Origin: a virus
UHGV virus genome: UHGV-0075042
Strand: one strand, 5' to 3'
Length of the DNA: 42,328 nt
Made by a program: the position numbers and the translations under genes. Below the pieces are notes generated by a model that worked only from the letters and a program-made list of their open reading frames with translations, was not told where the DNA came from and did not search any database. Every line of letters starts with the position of its first letter. The stretch's first letter is position 1. Of this stretch, positions 1 through 10,205 are shown piece after piece.

Positions 1-1158
1 ATGCTCACCGTTAAGCAGATTGAAGCAGCAAAGCCGAAAGAAAAACCATACCGCCTTCTCGATGGTAATGGCCTGTACCTTTATGTCCCTGTATCCGGGA
101 AAAAGGTATGGCAGCTTCGCTACAAGATTGACGGTAAGGAGAAAATACTGACCGTCGGAAAATATCCGCTTATGACTTTGCAAGAGGCAAGGGATAAAGC
201 ATGGACTGCGAGGAAAGACATCTCGGTTGGCATCGATCCGGTAAAGGCGAAAAAGGCTTCGTCTAACAACAATTCCTTTAGTGCGATTTACAAGGAATGG
301 TACGAGCATAAGAGGCAAGTCTGGTCAGCCGCCTATGCGACTGAACTTGCAAAAATGTTTGATGACGACATTTTACCTATCATCGGCGGCCTTGAAATTC
401 AGGATATTGAGCCGATGCAACTGCTGGAAGTAATCCGCAGATTTGAAGATCGCGGGGCAATGGAGCGAGCCAACAAAGCACGCAGAAGATGCGGCGAGGT
501 TTTCCGTTACGCTATTGTCACCGGAAGGGCTAAATATAACCCGGCACCTGACCTTGCTGACGCCATGAAGGGATACCGCAAGAAGAACTTCCCGTTTTTA
601 CCTGCCGACCAGATCCCGGCATTCAACAAAGCACTTGCAACATTTTCAGGAAGTATCGTATCTCTCATTGCGACCAAAGTTTTACGCTACACAGCACTAA
701 GAACAAAAGAGCTTCGTTCCATGCAATGGAAGAACGTCGATTTTGAAAACAGGATTATCACCATCGAGGCCAGTGTGATGAAGGGACGCAAGATTCATGT
801 GGTTCCGATGTCGGACCAGGTTGTTGAACTTCTCACTACGCTAAGCTCCATCACTAAACCAGTATCAGAGTTTGTTTTTGCCGGGCGCAACGATAAGAAG
901 AAGTCAATCTGCGAGAACGCGGTATTGCTTGTGATCAAACAAATCGGCTATGAGGGTCTGGAAAGCGGTCACGGATTCAGGCATGAATTCAGCACAATTA
1001 TGAACGAGCACGAATGGCCTGCTGACGCTATTGAAGTGCAACTGGCACATGCCAACGGCGGATCTGTGCGTGGTATTTACAACCATGCTCAGTATCTCGA
1101 TAAGCGCAGAGAAATGATGCAGTGGTGGGCGGACTGGCTTGATGAAAAGGTGGAGTGA
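1..1158 (+). CDS. Tyrosine integrase, P4-like family (second integrase of the element)
   Basis: 385-aa ORF; N-terminus has the arm-binding domain pattern typical of P4-like integrases (KPYRLLDGNGLYLYV...GKKVWQLRYKIDGKEK); C-terminus has HGFRHEF and RGIYNHAQY-type catalytic motifs. ATG is at window position 1, so upstream context is not visible. Confidence 0.85.
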   Translation: MLTVKQIEAAKPKEKPYRLLDGNGLYLYVPVSGKKVWQLRYKIDGKEKILTVGKYPLMTLQEARDKAWTARKDISVGIDPVKAKKASSNNNSFSAIYKEWYEHKRQVWSAAYATELAKMFDDDILPIIGGLEIQDIEPMQLLEVIRRFEDRGAMERANKARRRCGEVFRYAIVTGRAKYNPAPDLADAMKGYRKKNFPFLPADQIPAFNKALATFSGSIVSLIATKVLRYTALRTKELRSMQWKNVDFENRIITIEASVMKGRKIHVVPMSDQVVELLTTLSSITKPVSEFVFAGRNDKKKSICENAVLLVIKQIGYEGLESGHGFRHEFSTIMNEHEWPADAIEVQLAHANGGSVRGIYNHAQYLDKRREMMQWWADWLDEKVE

Positions 1159-1307
1159 CCCACCTTAAATACCGAAGAGCACAAAGCCTTGCAATCCAGT
1201 GCAAAGCTTTGCGTACCAGAGTTTTTCCTCATCAACTACCGCAAGTATCGATCGATTGAGACTTGGATGATAGACTTCATGCCTTTCAGAACTCATTGAT
1301 TAAATAA
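1159..1307. other. Candidate intact attP-like spacer between the second integrase and gtrA
   Basis: 149-bp non-coding spacer in the int-attP-gtrABC arrangement of P22-like phages; perfect palindrome GCAAAGCTTTGC at 1201..1212 and a stem-loop spanning the int stop codon (1148..1167). No tRNA-like 3' end recognised. Confidence 0.3.
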
Positions 1308-1670
1308 ATGTTAAATATATTTGCAAGGTACACCTCGATTGGTGTGCTGAACACACTTATACACTGGGTGGTTTTTGGTGTATGTATCTATGCCGCGCAT
1401 ACCAATCAGGCTCTGGCAAACTTCGCAGGTTTCGTTGTGGCTGTGAGTTTTAGCTTCTTCGCGAATGCAAAATTCACATTCAAAGCATCAACTACAACGA
1501 TGCGCTACATGTTATATGTCGGGTTCATGGGAACACTGAGTGCTACTGTTGGATGGGCTGCTGATAGATGCGCACTTCCTCCGATGATAACTCTTGTCAC
1601 CTTCTCCGCCATCAGCCTGGTGTGCGGTTTCGTCTATTCAAAGTTCATTGTCTTTAGGGATGCGAAATGA
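1308..1670 (+). CDS. gtrA: GtrA, bactoprenol-glucose flippase (O-antigen conversion)
   Basis: 120-aa small 4-TM protein, start [24 protein letters not shown] typical of GtrA; first gene of a gtrABC operon. Confidence 0.9.
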   Translation: MLNIFARYTSIGVLNTLIHWVVFGVCIYAAHTNQALANFAGFVVAVSFSFFANAKFTFKASTTTMRYMLYVGFMGTLSATVGWAADRCALPPMITLVTFSAISLVCGFVYSKFIVFRDAK

Positions 1671-2581
1671 AAATTTCTTTAGTCGTTCCGGTCTTTAACG
1701 AAGAGGCCACGATACCTATTTTTTATAAAACCGTGCGCGAATTTGAAGGGCTTCAGCAGCATGAAGTCGAGATAGTCTTCATAAACGATGGCAGCAAAGA
1801 CGCTACAGAATCAATTATCAACGAGCTTGCTGTTGCCGACCCGCTTGTGGTTTCGCTGTCGTTCACACGTAACTTCGGCAAAGAACCTGCCCTGTTCGCA
1901 GGTCTGGACCATGCTACCGGGGAGGCAATTATCCCGATTGACGTTGATCTGCAAGACCCTATCGAAGTTATTCCTCACTTGATAGAGAAATGGCAGGCCG
2001 GTGCAGATATGGTTCTGGCTAAACGCTCTGACCGCTCCACTGACAGCAGGCTGAAGCGTAAATCTGCTGAGTGGTTCTATAAACTTCATAACAAAATCAG
2101 CAACCCTCAGATAGAAGAGAATGTTGGCGACTTCCGGCTCATGTCTCGCGAAGTAGTAGAAAACATTAAGCTCATGCCAGAACGAAACCTGTTTATGAAG
2201 GGTGTGCTGAGCTGGGTTGGTGGTCGAACCGATGTCGTAGAATATGCGCGAGCAGAACGCGTTGCAGGAAGCACAAAGTTCAATGGATGGAAGCTATGGA
2301 ACTTGGCGCTGGAAGGGATCACTAGCTTTTCTACTTTCCCTTTGCGCATGTGGACTTATATAGGCCTGTTTGTGGCAACCTTATCATTCCTTTATGGAGC
2401 ATGGATGATTGCTGATAAATTGATGTTTGGAAATAGTGTTCCAGGTTACCCTTCTATCATTGTATCAATATTGTTTCTTGGTGGAGTTCAGTTAATAGGC
2501 ATAGGAGTTCTTGGAGAGTATATAGGAAGAATTTATGTTGAAGTTAAGCAGCGACCAAGATACATTCTAAAGGATAAGTAA
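1667..2581 (+). CDS. gtrB: GtrB, bactoprenol glucosyltransferase (GT2 family)
   Basis: 304 aa; GT2 motifs ([20 protein letters not shown]) and C-terminal TM helices; start overlaps gtrA stop. Confidence 0.9.
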   Translation: MKISLVVPVFNEEATIPIFYKTVREFEGLQQHEVEIVFINDGSKDATESIINELAVADPLVVSLSFTRNFGKEPALFAGLDHATGEAIIPIDVDLQDPIEVIPHLIEKWQAGADMVLAKRSDRSTDSRLKRKSAEWFYKLHNKISNPQIEENVGDFRLMSREVVENIKLMPERNLFMKGVLSWVGGRTDVVEYARAERVAGSTKFNGWKLWNLALEGITSFSTFPLRMWTYIGLFVATLSFLYGAWMIADKLMFGNSVPGYPSIIVSILFLGGVQLIGIGVLGEYIGRIYVEVKQRPRYILKDK

Positions 2582-2582
2582 A

Positions 2583-4049
2583 ATGACTTTAAATATAAAA
2601 AAAACAGCCATATACATCATTGGATTTATATTCCTGACTTTCTTCTACGCCTCGATTTCAAAACAGATTTTGCCAAGTTCGGATGCTGTTTCTGGACTTC
2701 TTGAGGGTAAGGACATTGCGGACGGAAATTGGACGCTTAGTGGATGGTATCTCTCTACAGTATCATTCTATTTTACAGACATAATATGGTACGGGCTTGC
2801 TTCAAAGGTATTCTGGTACGGACAGTACCAAGCATACTGCATACCGGCAATTATGTATTCAATGGTTACATTGATGACATTTTATCTTTCAAAAGAAAGG
2901 CTTTCATCGTTATGGGCCATTTCATTTTGCGTTGCGCTGCCTTCTGGGTTTGCAGTATTAAACGTATTAATACCTGTGATACATGTCGGCACATATGTAT
3001 CCATGTTGTTTTGCTTCATAATGTTAGACAATTTTTCCAAAACAAGATCGTTAATTTCTCTATCTCTTTATATTTTAGTGTTAGCTCTAGCTTGTTTCAG
3101 TGATGACATCATAAAGCTACTCATTATTGCACCAGTAGCAATATCATCAGTGATTTTTATAGTAAAAACCAAAAGCCAAAAAAATCTGATCATACTAGTT
3201 GCAACTATATTTGCATATGTTGCATCAAAAATTATGACCATGTACGCAAGAGCTCATAACTGGTACATTTTGCCAGGCGTTCCAGATCCAACATTTGTTG
3301 CATTTGATGATATCCTGAATAATTTATACTTATTCGTAAAAGGATTCCTCCTATACAGTGGAGCTTTCTTCTTTGGCAAGCCACCTTCTGATATTACAGC
3401 GCTTATTTCTGTTTTTTGTTTTGTTGTAATGATTTTACTTCTTATATTAGTTGCAATGTCAGTAAAGGAAATATTCTTTACCTCCATGATCAATATGGCT
3501 ATATGTATAGCTTGTATTATAATGATACCAGCATACCTTGCAAGTAACCGTCCAATAGATGAATGGACTATAAGATATATCGTTCCATTTTTTATACTAG
3601 CACCTGTTGTTATTGGCAGATCTAACAACTCCAGAGGGTGGAAATTCATCGCATTAGGGGTTGTTACAACATTTATTCTCTTTTGTTCTATTTATATGCA
3701 TGAAAAAAAAGACAATTCTAATGATATTATAAATCAGATAAAACACACTGTAAGGCAGAATAACCTCACAAACGGGTATGCATCTTTCTGGTTTGCTTCA
3801 TCAGCAAGTATAGATGGAGACATATCAATTGCTCCGATTGATGTAAACCGAGGTTTGAATATACTTGCATGCAATAAATGGTTGTCAAAAAACTATTGGT
3901 ATGAGCGCGGAGGAAATTTCATAATTACAGATGACGAGGTTATGAGAAATATAACAATTAAAGAGATTGGTAATCCATCAAAGGTTATTGACGTCGGAGA
4001 TAAGAAGATTTTTGTTTACGATAAAAACATTACATTCAACTGCAATTAA
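2583..4049 (+). CDS. GtrC-type serotype-specific O-antigen glucosyltransferase (polytopic membrane protein)
   Basis: 488-aa highly hydrophobic multi-TM protein directly after gtrB; markedly AT-rich, as is typical of the type-specific third gene of gtr operons. Confidence 0.7.
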   Translation: MTLNIKKTAIYIIGFIFLTFFYASISKQILPSSDAVSGLLEGKDIADGNWTLSGWYLSTVSFYFTDIIWYGLASKVFWYGQYQAYCIPAIMYSMVTLMTFYLSKERLSSLWAISFCVALPSGFAVLNVLIPVIHVGTYVSMLFCFIMLDNFSKTRSLISLSLYILVLALACFSDDIIKLLIIAPVAISSVIFIVKTKSQKNLIILVATIFAYVASKIMTMYARAHNWYILPGVPDPTFVAFDDILNNLYLFVKGFLLYSGAFFFGKPPSDITALISVFCFVVMILLLILVAMSVKEIFFTSMINMAICIACIIMIPAYLASNRPIDEWTIRYIVPFFILAPVVIGRSNNSRGWKFIALGVVTTFILFCSIYMHEKKDNSNDIINQIKHTVRQNNLTNGYASFWFASSASIDGDISIAPIDVNRGLNILACNKWLSKNYWYERGGNFIITDDEVMRNITIKEIGNPSKVIDVGDKKIFVYDKNITFNCN

Positions 4050-4057
4050 TTAAATAA

Positions 4058-4077
4058 GCGGGTGCTAAGCACCCGCA
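4058..4077. terminator. Bidirectional stem-loop between convergent gtrC and tailspike
   Basis: GCGGGTGC-TAAG-GCACCCGC perfect hairpin in the 31-bp gap between two convergent genes. Confidence 0.6.
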
Positions 4078-4080
4078 TTA

Positions 4081-5844
4081 TCATACACTTGTACCATCCG
4101 CCCTCTTCCATTCAGATGATACTGTGTTATACCATATTGGAAGACCTAGCGTTGTATCATAATACATCTGCCCACTGACTGGTGCTGTAGGGCGCTGCGC
4201 AGTAGATCCACGGTTTTGATAAGTCGTCTGAGTATCATTAACACCTAGACAAGCTATAATACGATTTTTGCGCTCTTCCGATGTATTAAGGTAAATCTTG
4301 GTCGTCATATCGCTATCGAAAGAAACGCCATTGATGGTTATGCCGTTACAGTTATCGGCGGGGTCTGTGATCCCAAGTGGTTGCACGTAGTATCCACCTC
4401 TGATATAAGACGTACCCATAGAGCCGCCAATAACAGATATTTCTTTACAGTTTACCAACGATAGCCCACCAGTCTTATTTCCGTTGAATATATTATTAGA
4501 CAAAGAACATTGTTCAGCATTTTCCAATACCATGCCGAACTCACCACAGTAAGTGATAGTGTTTCCCGTAAATGTTAGATTTCTTGCCCCTTTAATATTA
4601 ATTCCACGACTATTGTTTATCCTCCCTGCACTAATAATGTTACCGCTGATGGTAGCGTAAGCCAGACTCTCCATATCAAAAGCAGTACCGTTGATGGCAT
4701 CAAAAACGCTATTTGAAATTATAACCGGATAACCCGCGAATTGGTCTGTTCCACCCATCTCACCAAGTGTTGTGCGTGTTCTTACCGCAAAATCTCCAGC
4801 AAACATTGAGCATTCACTAATAAATAAATCGGCGGTATCCCATACGTCAATCGGAGAGTTAGAACTGAAACACATAAGAAACTTAGGTGATTCGCTGATG
4901 AACTCCACAGTATTTAAATCCGCACGCCCCAAGAATGGACTACCCCAACGTTCGCACCGGAAGAAGTTAACGTAATGGTAGTTGTTCATAGTAGTTTGTG
5001 CGTTATAGAAAAACACCCGATCAAACTCTAAGTTCTGGACATGACGACAAACAATCCAGTTAATCAGCACGTCGGATGATATGACTACATCTCGGAATAT
5101 GCCACCCTGTTTCCACTGACTAGCAGCCGGGCCAGACCCTGTAAGGGTAAACATAGTGAAGGTTGAATCAGAACCTAGATATTTAATCTCTGGATTTTTT
5201 GCGTTACCAATAATTTCATATTTTGCTGGAAGCTCAATGTCTCTGGTCTTCATTCCATATATGCCAGAACCTTTCAAGTGAATTTTTCTTGCGCCTGAAG
5301 CGAATGCCTTCTGAAAGGCTATGCTATTATCTGTTGTTCCAGAATCATCTTTGCCACCAAAGTCTTCCAAAAATACAAAATCATCCAGCTTTTCTTGTAC
5401 ATTCCTGAAGACAGCACCATCAACAACAGATGGTAATCCATACTTATACTTTACTGTTTCAGGGAATGCCCCGCTTGCAAACTCTCCCTCTAGCTCCTGC
5501 CGGAACTGGTCCGGGTCATACTTGAGAATGTTTGGATAGTAGAACTGCTGTGTGCCATATGCGTCATACACAGCCATTGAATGTCCCTGTACGGTAACGA
5601 ACTTTGCAATCTGTCCGTTATATACCGGATAACCAGCAGCGTTAATGATGATTGGTTGCGAAACAGGAACGTGAGAGCCGTCTTCGTTCTCTACATAAAC
5701 CTGAATCTGGTTTTCAGGATTTACCGGGTCAGTGTCAATTTTACCGATATAAATTTTGCCATTGGCAACGGCTTTAAAAGAACGCGCCATAGTGAAGAGT
5801 TGCGAAGGCATGCTTACCACAACATTGGCTGTAATGTCTGTCAT
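4081..5844 (-). CDS. Tailspike protein (P22-like N-terminal head-binding domain plus distinct beta-helix receptor-binding domain)
   Basis: 587 aa; N-terminal ~110 aa ([13 protein letters not shown]...[21 protein letters not shown]...[13 protein letters not shown]) matches the conserved head-binding domain of P22/Sf6-family tailspikes as recalled; remainder is Gly/Asn/Ser-rich, beta-helix-like. Confidence 0.85.
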   Translation of the reverse strand: MTDITANVVVSMPSQLFTMARSFKAVANGKIYIGKIDTDPVNPENQIQVYVENEDGSHVPVSQPIIINAAGYPVYNGQIAKFVTVQGHSMAVYDAYGTQQFYYPNILKYDPDQFRQELEGEFASGAFPETVKYKYGLPSVVDGAVFRNVQEKLDDFVFLEDFGGKDDSGTTDNSIAFQKAFASGARKIHLKGSGIYGMKTRDIELPAKYEIIGNAKNPEIKYLGSDSTFTMFTLTGSGPAASQWKQGGIFRDVVISSDVLINWIVCRHVQNLEFDRVFFYNAQTTMNNYHYVNFFRCERWGSPFLGRADLNTVEFISESPKFLMCFSSNSPIDVWDTADLFISECSMFAGDFAVRTRTTLGEMGGTDQFAGYPVIISNSVFDAINGTAFDMESLAYATISGNIISAGRINNSRGINIKGARNLTFTGNTITYCGEFGMVLENAEQCSLSNNIFNGNKTGGLSLVNCKEISVIGGSMGTSYIRGGYYVQPLGITDPADNCNGITINGVSFDSDMTTKIYLNTSEERKNRIIACLGVNDTQTTYQNRGSTAQRPTAPVSGQMYYDTTLGLPIWYNTVSSEWKRADGTSV

Positions 5845-6008
5845 TTAATTTGCTCCGGACGTAGCAATGCCGAACAAGATGCAACTTGCCCAGCATTGCA
5901 CTAATGTCAGTTATGATTTGTTAATTATGAGATGAGTCTATGCAAAGAGATCTGTTGAATATTGCGCTCTATATATTTGGTTTTTGCACGTTCCTGGTGT
6001 TTGCAAAG

Positions 6009-8006
6009 CTATTCTGACAACGCATCAGACTTAGCACCCTGAGTCATGGCGCTAATTGCCTTTTGTGCCTGCTGCATGGCTTTCTCAAACGCTGTTGATC
6101 CACGTGGGGTGTTTGCCATTCTGAGCATTGCATTTCTGAATGGCTCGCTCTCATAGGCGCGAGTAAGAAGTCCGTAGCTTACTGCTGCGCCAGTTGTCGC
6201 CGGGTTCATTGCCGTACCATACCCAATAATGAACGGGATGGTTTGCTGCCCTGTGGGTGTTGTTACTGCCGCTTTTGCAGCCTGCTGCGTGGATTGCAGG
6301 TAGTTTTTTAATCCTTTCAGATAAGCAGCGTCCTGACCCTTAAATGTGATGCCAGTCTGGTTTTGCAGGATGTTAAGCTGCCGAAGGAACTGGTCAGGGG
6401 ATCCGCCAGATTTCTCCATCGCCTTTCCAATGATGCCATTGCGCATTTGCGCCCTGCCAACACGACCAACTGAGTTATACAGAGTCTTAATTTCCGATTT
6501 GTTCTTGCTGAATAGCATGTTGTTGACAACTTCCGGCGTCAGATCGCCTTTCATGAGAACATTCTTCAGCCTGGTATTCTTTAGTTTCGCCGCTTCGTCA
6601 GCGTAGACGGCATTGGCCTGCTGATATTTCCGGAGAGTATCGTTGCCAAGATTCTGACCAATGACACTATTGATATCGTCGGTCATTGCCTTGTAAACGC
6701 GCTGAATGGCGGCATCGGAACGGTTTGGTAACACTGGTCGCCCCCCCTTCACGTCCATTCTGAACTGGCTGCGCAGATCGCTTAATTGTTTCAAATCCAG
6801 ATTTACCGGACCATCAGGACCAGCATTGCGAACAAGCTCATCACGATATGATTGAAGTTTTGAAATCGTCTCGTTATCAGCAACCTTACCAAGCTTCTGC
6901 AGATTAGATATCTCAGTATCAATCTGCTGAATTGCTCGCGCAGGCTGAATGTTGACTCCCGCCATTGCATTCTGAACCTGCTCAAGACGGTTCCCAGCAG
7001 CACGACGAATTCCTGATGTTTTCGCTTTAAGGCTGTCAATAATAACCGCTGGATCATACTCACCGAATTTATCAGCAAATCTCTGCACCAACTGACTTCT
7101 CGCTTCCTGTTGCGTTGCTCTCATTCCGCTTGTGCCAGCCAGGGGGATATTTTCTGCTGTCGTTTGCGCCATTTTTCCGACGCGGGAAGTAGGCTGTAAG
7201 AGGTCAGTAGTATGAAGAGGCACCCCTTCACGCTCTGCAAATCTGATAGCCTGTTGCGCTTCTGGTGCGATAGCACCACGAACGCCACGATAAGCAGCAC
7301 CTAATCCACGTCCAGCAGCGTTAATAGCGCCTCCAGCCAGAACACCAACGCCTAAATCGGTGGCGAGTGCTTCCGCATCATCTTTCGCACTATTTGCAGC
7401 AAGTGTTCCGACTGCGTTTTCTGCGAGAAGGCGAGTTGCACCCTGAGCAATTCGACCAGCAAGTGTTGGTGCCTGTGTTGCCGCTCTCTCAACGCCAGCA
7501 GGAGTGAGATAAGGCAATGCCTCAGCAAATACCCTGCCCTCTGTCGTTTGTGGAGTCAGCGCGCCTTGCTGAAGACCAAAGTCCTGTTCTAATCCCTGCG
7601 TTGTTACTCGTGGCGCTGGTTGATATGTCCCATCGCCAATGCCGAGTTTACCGCCAGCCCATGCCGCCGCGCTTGTTACAGCATCGGCAATTGATGCAGG
7701 TATGTTTGCCACGTTCACGCCAGCCTGCACCAGTCCGCGACCAGTCTCTTTCACTGCTTCACCAAGGTCAGACATAAATCTACTTTGCTGTGGTTGTTGC
7801 TGTGCTACTGGTTGCTGTGTCTCCACTGGCTGCACAGATGACAATGGATAGGCTGCATAGAAAGCTTGCTTAGCCTGCTCTGCATTTTCTCCGGCTTGCG
7901 GTGCCACGACTTCATTGAAGTATTGCTCCTGAGCCTGCGCTTTTTGTTCTGGTGCTAACGCCTGATACTGTGGAGAGGCGATAACATCTTTCCATGCTTT
8001 AGCCAT
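6009..8006 (-). CDS. Ejection (E) protein, gp16-like (position-based)
   Basis: 665-aa Ala/Gln/Gly-rich protein, last gene before the tailspike in a P22/Sf6-like order; start is 10 bp from the IS1 left end. Confidence 0.65.
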   Translation of the reverse strand: MAKAWKDVIASPQYQALAPEQKAQAQEQYFNEVVAPQAGENAEQAKQAFYAAYPLSSVQPVETQQPVAQQQPQQSRFMSDLGEAVKETGRGLVQAGVNVANIPASIADAVTSAAAWAGGKLGIGDGTYQPAPRVTTQGLEQDFGLQQGALTPQTTEGRVFAEALPYLTPAGVERAATQAPTLAGRIAQGATRLLAENAVGTLAANSAKDDAEALATDLGVGVLAGGAINAAGRGLGAAYRGVRGAIAPEAQQAIRFAEREGVPLHTTDLLQPTSRVGKMAQTTAENIPLAGTSGMRATQQEARSQLVQRFADKFGEYDPAVIIDSLKAKTSGIRRAAGNRLEQVQNAMAGVNIQPARAIQQIDTEISNLQKLGKVADNETISKLQSYRDELVRNAGPDGPVNLDLKQLSDLRSQFRMDVKGGRPVLPNRSDAAIQRVYKAMTDDINSVIGQNLGNDTLRKYQQANAVYADEAAKLKNTRLKNVLMKGDLTPEVVNNMLFSKNKSEIKTLYNSVGRVGRAQMRNGIIGKAMEKSGGSPDQFLRQLNILQNQTGITFKGQDAAYLKGLKNYLQSTQQAAKAAVTTPTGQQTIPFIIGYGTAMNPATTGAAVSYGLLTRAYESEPFRNAMLRMANTPRGSTAFEKAMQQAQKAISAMTQGAKSDALSE

Positions 8007-8070
8007 TAATCACCCGGTGATGCTGCCAACTTACTGATTTAGTGTATGATGGTGTTTTTGAGGTGCTCCA

Positions 8071-8346
8071 GTGGCTTCTGTTTCTATCAGCTGTCCCTCC
8101 TGTTCAGCTACTGACGGGGTGGTGCGTAACGGCAAAAGCACCGCCGGACATCAGCGCTATCTCTGCTCTCACTGCCGTAAAACATGGCAACTGCAGTTCA
8201 CTTACACCGCTTCTCAACCCGGTACGCACCAGAAAATCATTGATATGGCCATGAATGGCGTTGGATGCCGGGCAACAGCCCGCATTATGGGCGTTGGCCT
8301 CAACACGGTTTTACGTCACTTAAAAAACTCAGGCCGCAGTCGGTAA
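8071..8346 (+). CDS. insA: IS1 InsA
   Basis: 91 aa, [43 protein letters not shown] matches IS1 InsA. Confidence 0.9.
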   Translation: MASVSISCPSCSATDGVVRNGKSTAGHQRYLCSHCRKTWQLQFTYTASQPGTHQKIIDMAMNGVGCRATARIMGVGLNTVLRHLKNSGRSR

Positions 8347-8768
8347 CCTCGCGCATACAACCGGGCAGTGACGTCATCGTCTGCGCGGAAATGGACGAAC
8401 AGTGGGGCTATGTCGGGGCTAAATCGCGCCAGCGCTGGCTGTTTTACGCGTATGACAGGCTCCGGAAGACGGTTGTTGCGCACGTATTCGGTGAACGCAC
8501 TATGGCGACGCTGGGGCGTCTTATGAGCCTGCTGTCACCCTTTGACGTGGTGATATGGATGACGGATGGCTGGCCGCTGTATGAATCACGCCTGAAGGGA
8601 AAGCTGCACGTAATCAGCAAGCGATATACGCAGCGAATTGAGCGGCATAACCTGAATCTGAGGCAGCACCTGGCACGGCTGGGACGGAAGTCGCTGTCGT
8701 TCTCAAAATCGGTGGAGCTGCATGACAAAGTCATCGGGCATTATCTGAACATAAAACACTATCAATAA
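8265..8768 (+). CDS. insB: IS1 InsB (transposase made by InsAB' frameshifting)
   Basis: 167-aa frame overlapping insA 3' end, as in IS1; exact functional start depends on the programmed -1 frameshift. Confidence 0.8.
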   Translation: MPGNSPHYGRWPQHGFTSLKKLRPQSVTSRIQPGSDVIVCAEMDEQWGYVGAKSRQRWLFYAYDRLRKTVVAHVFGERTMATLGRLMSLLSPFDVVIWMTDGWPLYESRLKGKLHVISKRYTQRIERHNLNLRQHLARLGRKSLSFSKSVELHDKVIGHYLNIKHYQ

Positions 8769-8778
8769 GTTGGAGTCA

Positions 8779-9528
8779 TTACCCAAATGCCGCAGCCCCC
8801 TCTGGATCCGCCTTTAACATTTGCGCGTATTGATTGTAATTCTGCATTGCGGCTGTTGGTGCATATGCTGACGTTAACGCATTTGCTCGGCTAATATCCT
8901 GCCCTCTCGCCTGAAGTGCTTCTCCGGCTTGATTGCTGCGGATCGTCTCTGCCAACTTGCCACGCTCAATATCCCGACCTTCCATTCGATCTTTGATATC
9001 GAAGTACTTCTCATGACCGAGAGAAAACAGTGCCATACTACCAGCAAGCCGCTGGAATCCCTGTGGATCATTAACATGCATTTCGGCAACAGACTCAGGA
9101 GAAATTCCCAAACGACGCATTTCATCTTCGTTATCTGCTATGAATTTTCCAAATGCCCCAGTTCCGAGCGAAGATGCGATTTGAGCACTAGTCGCAAGAT
9201 GACCAATAGAATTTCTCTGGTCGTCATCAATAAAGCCCATCCCTTTCTGAACGCTTTCAAATTCTTCTGGATACTCAGAAATAAGACTGCGCATTTTGTT
9301 TCTGTCTCCAGACTCAAAAGCCCCGGCATATGCTTTCTGAAACTCTGCTTTACGCTGTTGTTGACGTGCCTGCTGATTAATCTCAGCAACGCCTCTTAGC
9401 CCCTGTAGCGCCATTAAACCTACGTTTGGCTGCTGCTGATACTGCACAGGCTGAGGAACGGAAGAACGAGGAGCATTATCATTTTGCGGTGCCATGCTAG
9501 GCAGCCCGCCAAGTTGCCATGTCGCCAT
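8779..9528 (-). pseudogene. Ejection protein gene (gp20-like, position-based) truncated by IS1
   Basis: 249-aa ORF whose stop codon (8779..8781) lies inside the IS1 terminal repeat; the homologous P22 protein is, as recalled, about 470 aa. Confidence 0.6.
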
Positions 9529-10205
9529 TAGAATCCAAGCCCCCCAACAAGACCAATAAGCCCACCACCAATAGCCCCGGCGACATTACCTATACCCGGA
9601 ACAACGGAACCAAGTTGCGCACCCGCTAAAGCGCCTGATGCCGCCCCACCAATACCACGCGCAAGACTGGATGGCTGCTGCGCCTGACCTGCACGAATAG
9701 CGCCAAGCCCCTGCAAGAGTTGTCCGGTATTATTGGCGTAGTTTTGCCCTGCTGTTGCCTGCCCTGATGCCGCATTCATCCCGACATTTAGCAGGTTTCC
9801 ATAATTTTGCATTTGCCCACTGAGCCAATTGTTATAAAGCATGGGCGCAATGGAAGATAACTGGTTACTGGTAGCTGTTGAGCCAAGCCCCCCGGTAGCT
9901 TCTGCTGAGACAAGGTTCTGATAACGGGCCTGATCTGCCTGTGTTTTATATAAACCAGAACCAAAGAAATCATTCGCGGCTTTATTCTGCCCTTCCAGAG
10001 TCATCAGTCCTTGTAGTTGTTGTAAAGCAGGCAATCCGACTTCTGCATACGGCTTGAGATTATTCATCACCGTATTCCACTGCTCGCGCTGCAAATCAAT
10101 TGCCTGCTGCTGGGCCTTCGCCTGAGCTTTAGAGGCACCACCATCACCGCCTTTTTCGTATACGGCACGATTGAGATGTTTATAAGCTATATGGGTAATT
10201 AACAT
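9528..10205 (-). CDS. Ejection protein, gp7-like
   Basis: 225 aa with Gly/Ala-rich C-terminus; position matches P22 gene 7. Confidence 0.65.
   Translation of the reverse strand: MLITHIAYKHLNRAVYEKGGDGGASKAQAKAQQQAIDLQREQWNTVMNNLKPYAEVGLPALQQLQGLMTLEGQNKAANDFFGSGLYKTQADQARYQNLVSAEATGGLGSTATSNQLSSIAPMLYNNWLSGQMQNYGNLLNVGMNAASGQATAGQNYANNTGQLLQGLGAIRAGQAQQPSSLARGIGGAASGALAGAQLGSVVPGIGNVAGAIGGGLIGLVGGLGF

Larger units (their letters stand above)
8016..8783 (+). mobile_element. IS1 insertion sequence (768 bp)
   Basis: Termini GGTGATGCTGCCAACTTACTGAT ... GTTGGAGTCATTACC match IS1 inverted repeats; contains insA and insB. Flanking 9-mers (TAATCACCC vs CAAATGCCG) differ, so no target-site duplication. 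Confidence 0.95.

Noticed and set aside
904-1086. 60-aa ORF on the - strand inside the integrase gene
   Set aside because: Short antisense ORF within a well-supported coding region.
1159-1307. tRNA gene or tRNA 3' fragment at the second att site
   Set aside because: No acceptor-stem/T-arm-like sequence or CCA-adjacent motif recognised by eye; cannot be confirmed without a search.
2744-3103. 119-aa ORF in an alternative frame within gtrC
   Set aside because: Embedded in the long gtrC frame in AT-rich DNA where spurious ORFs are common.
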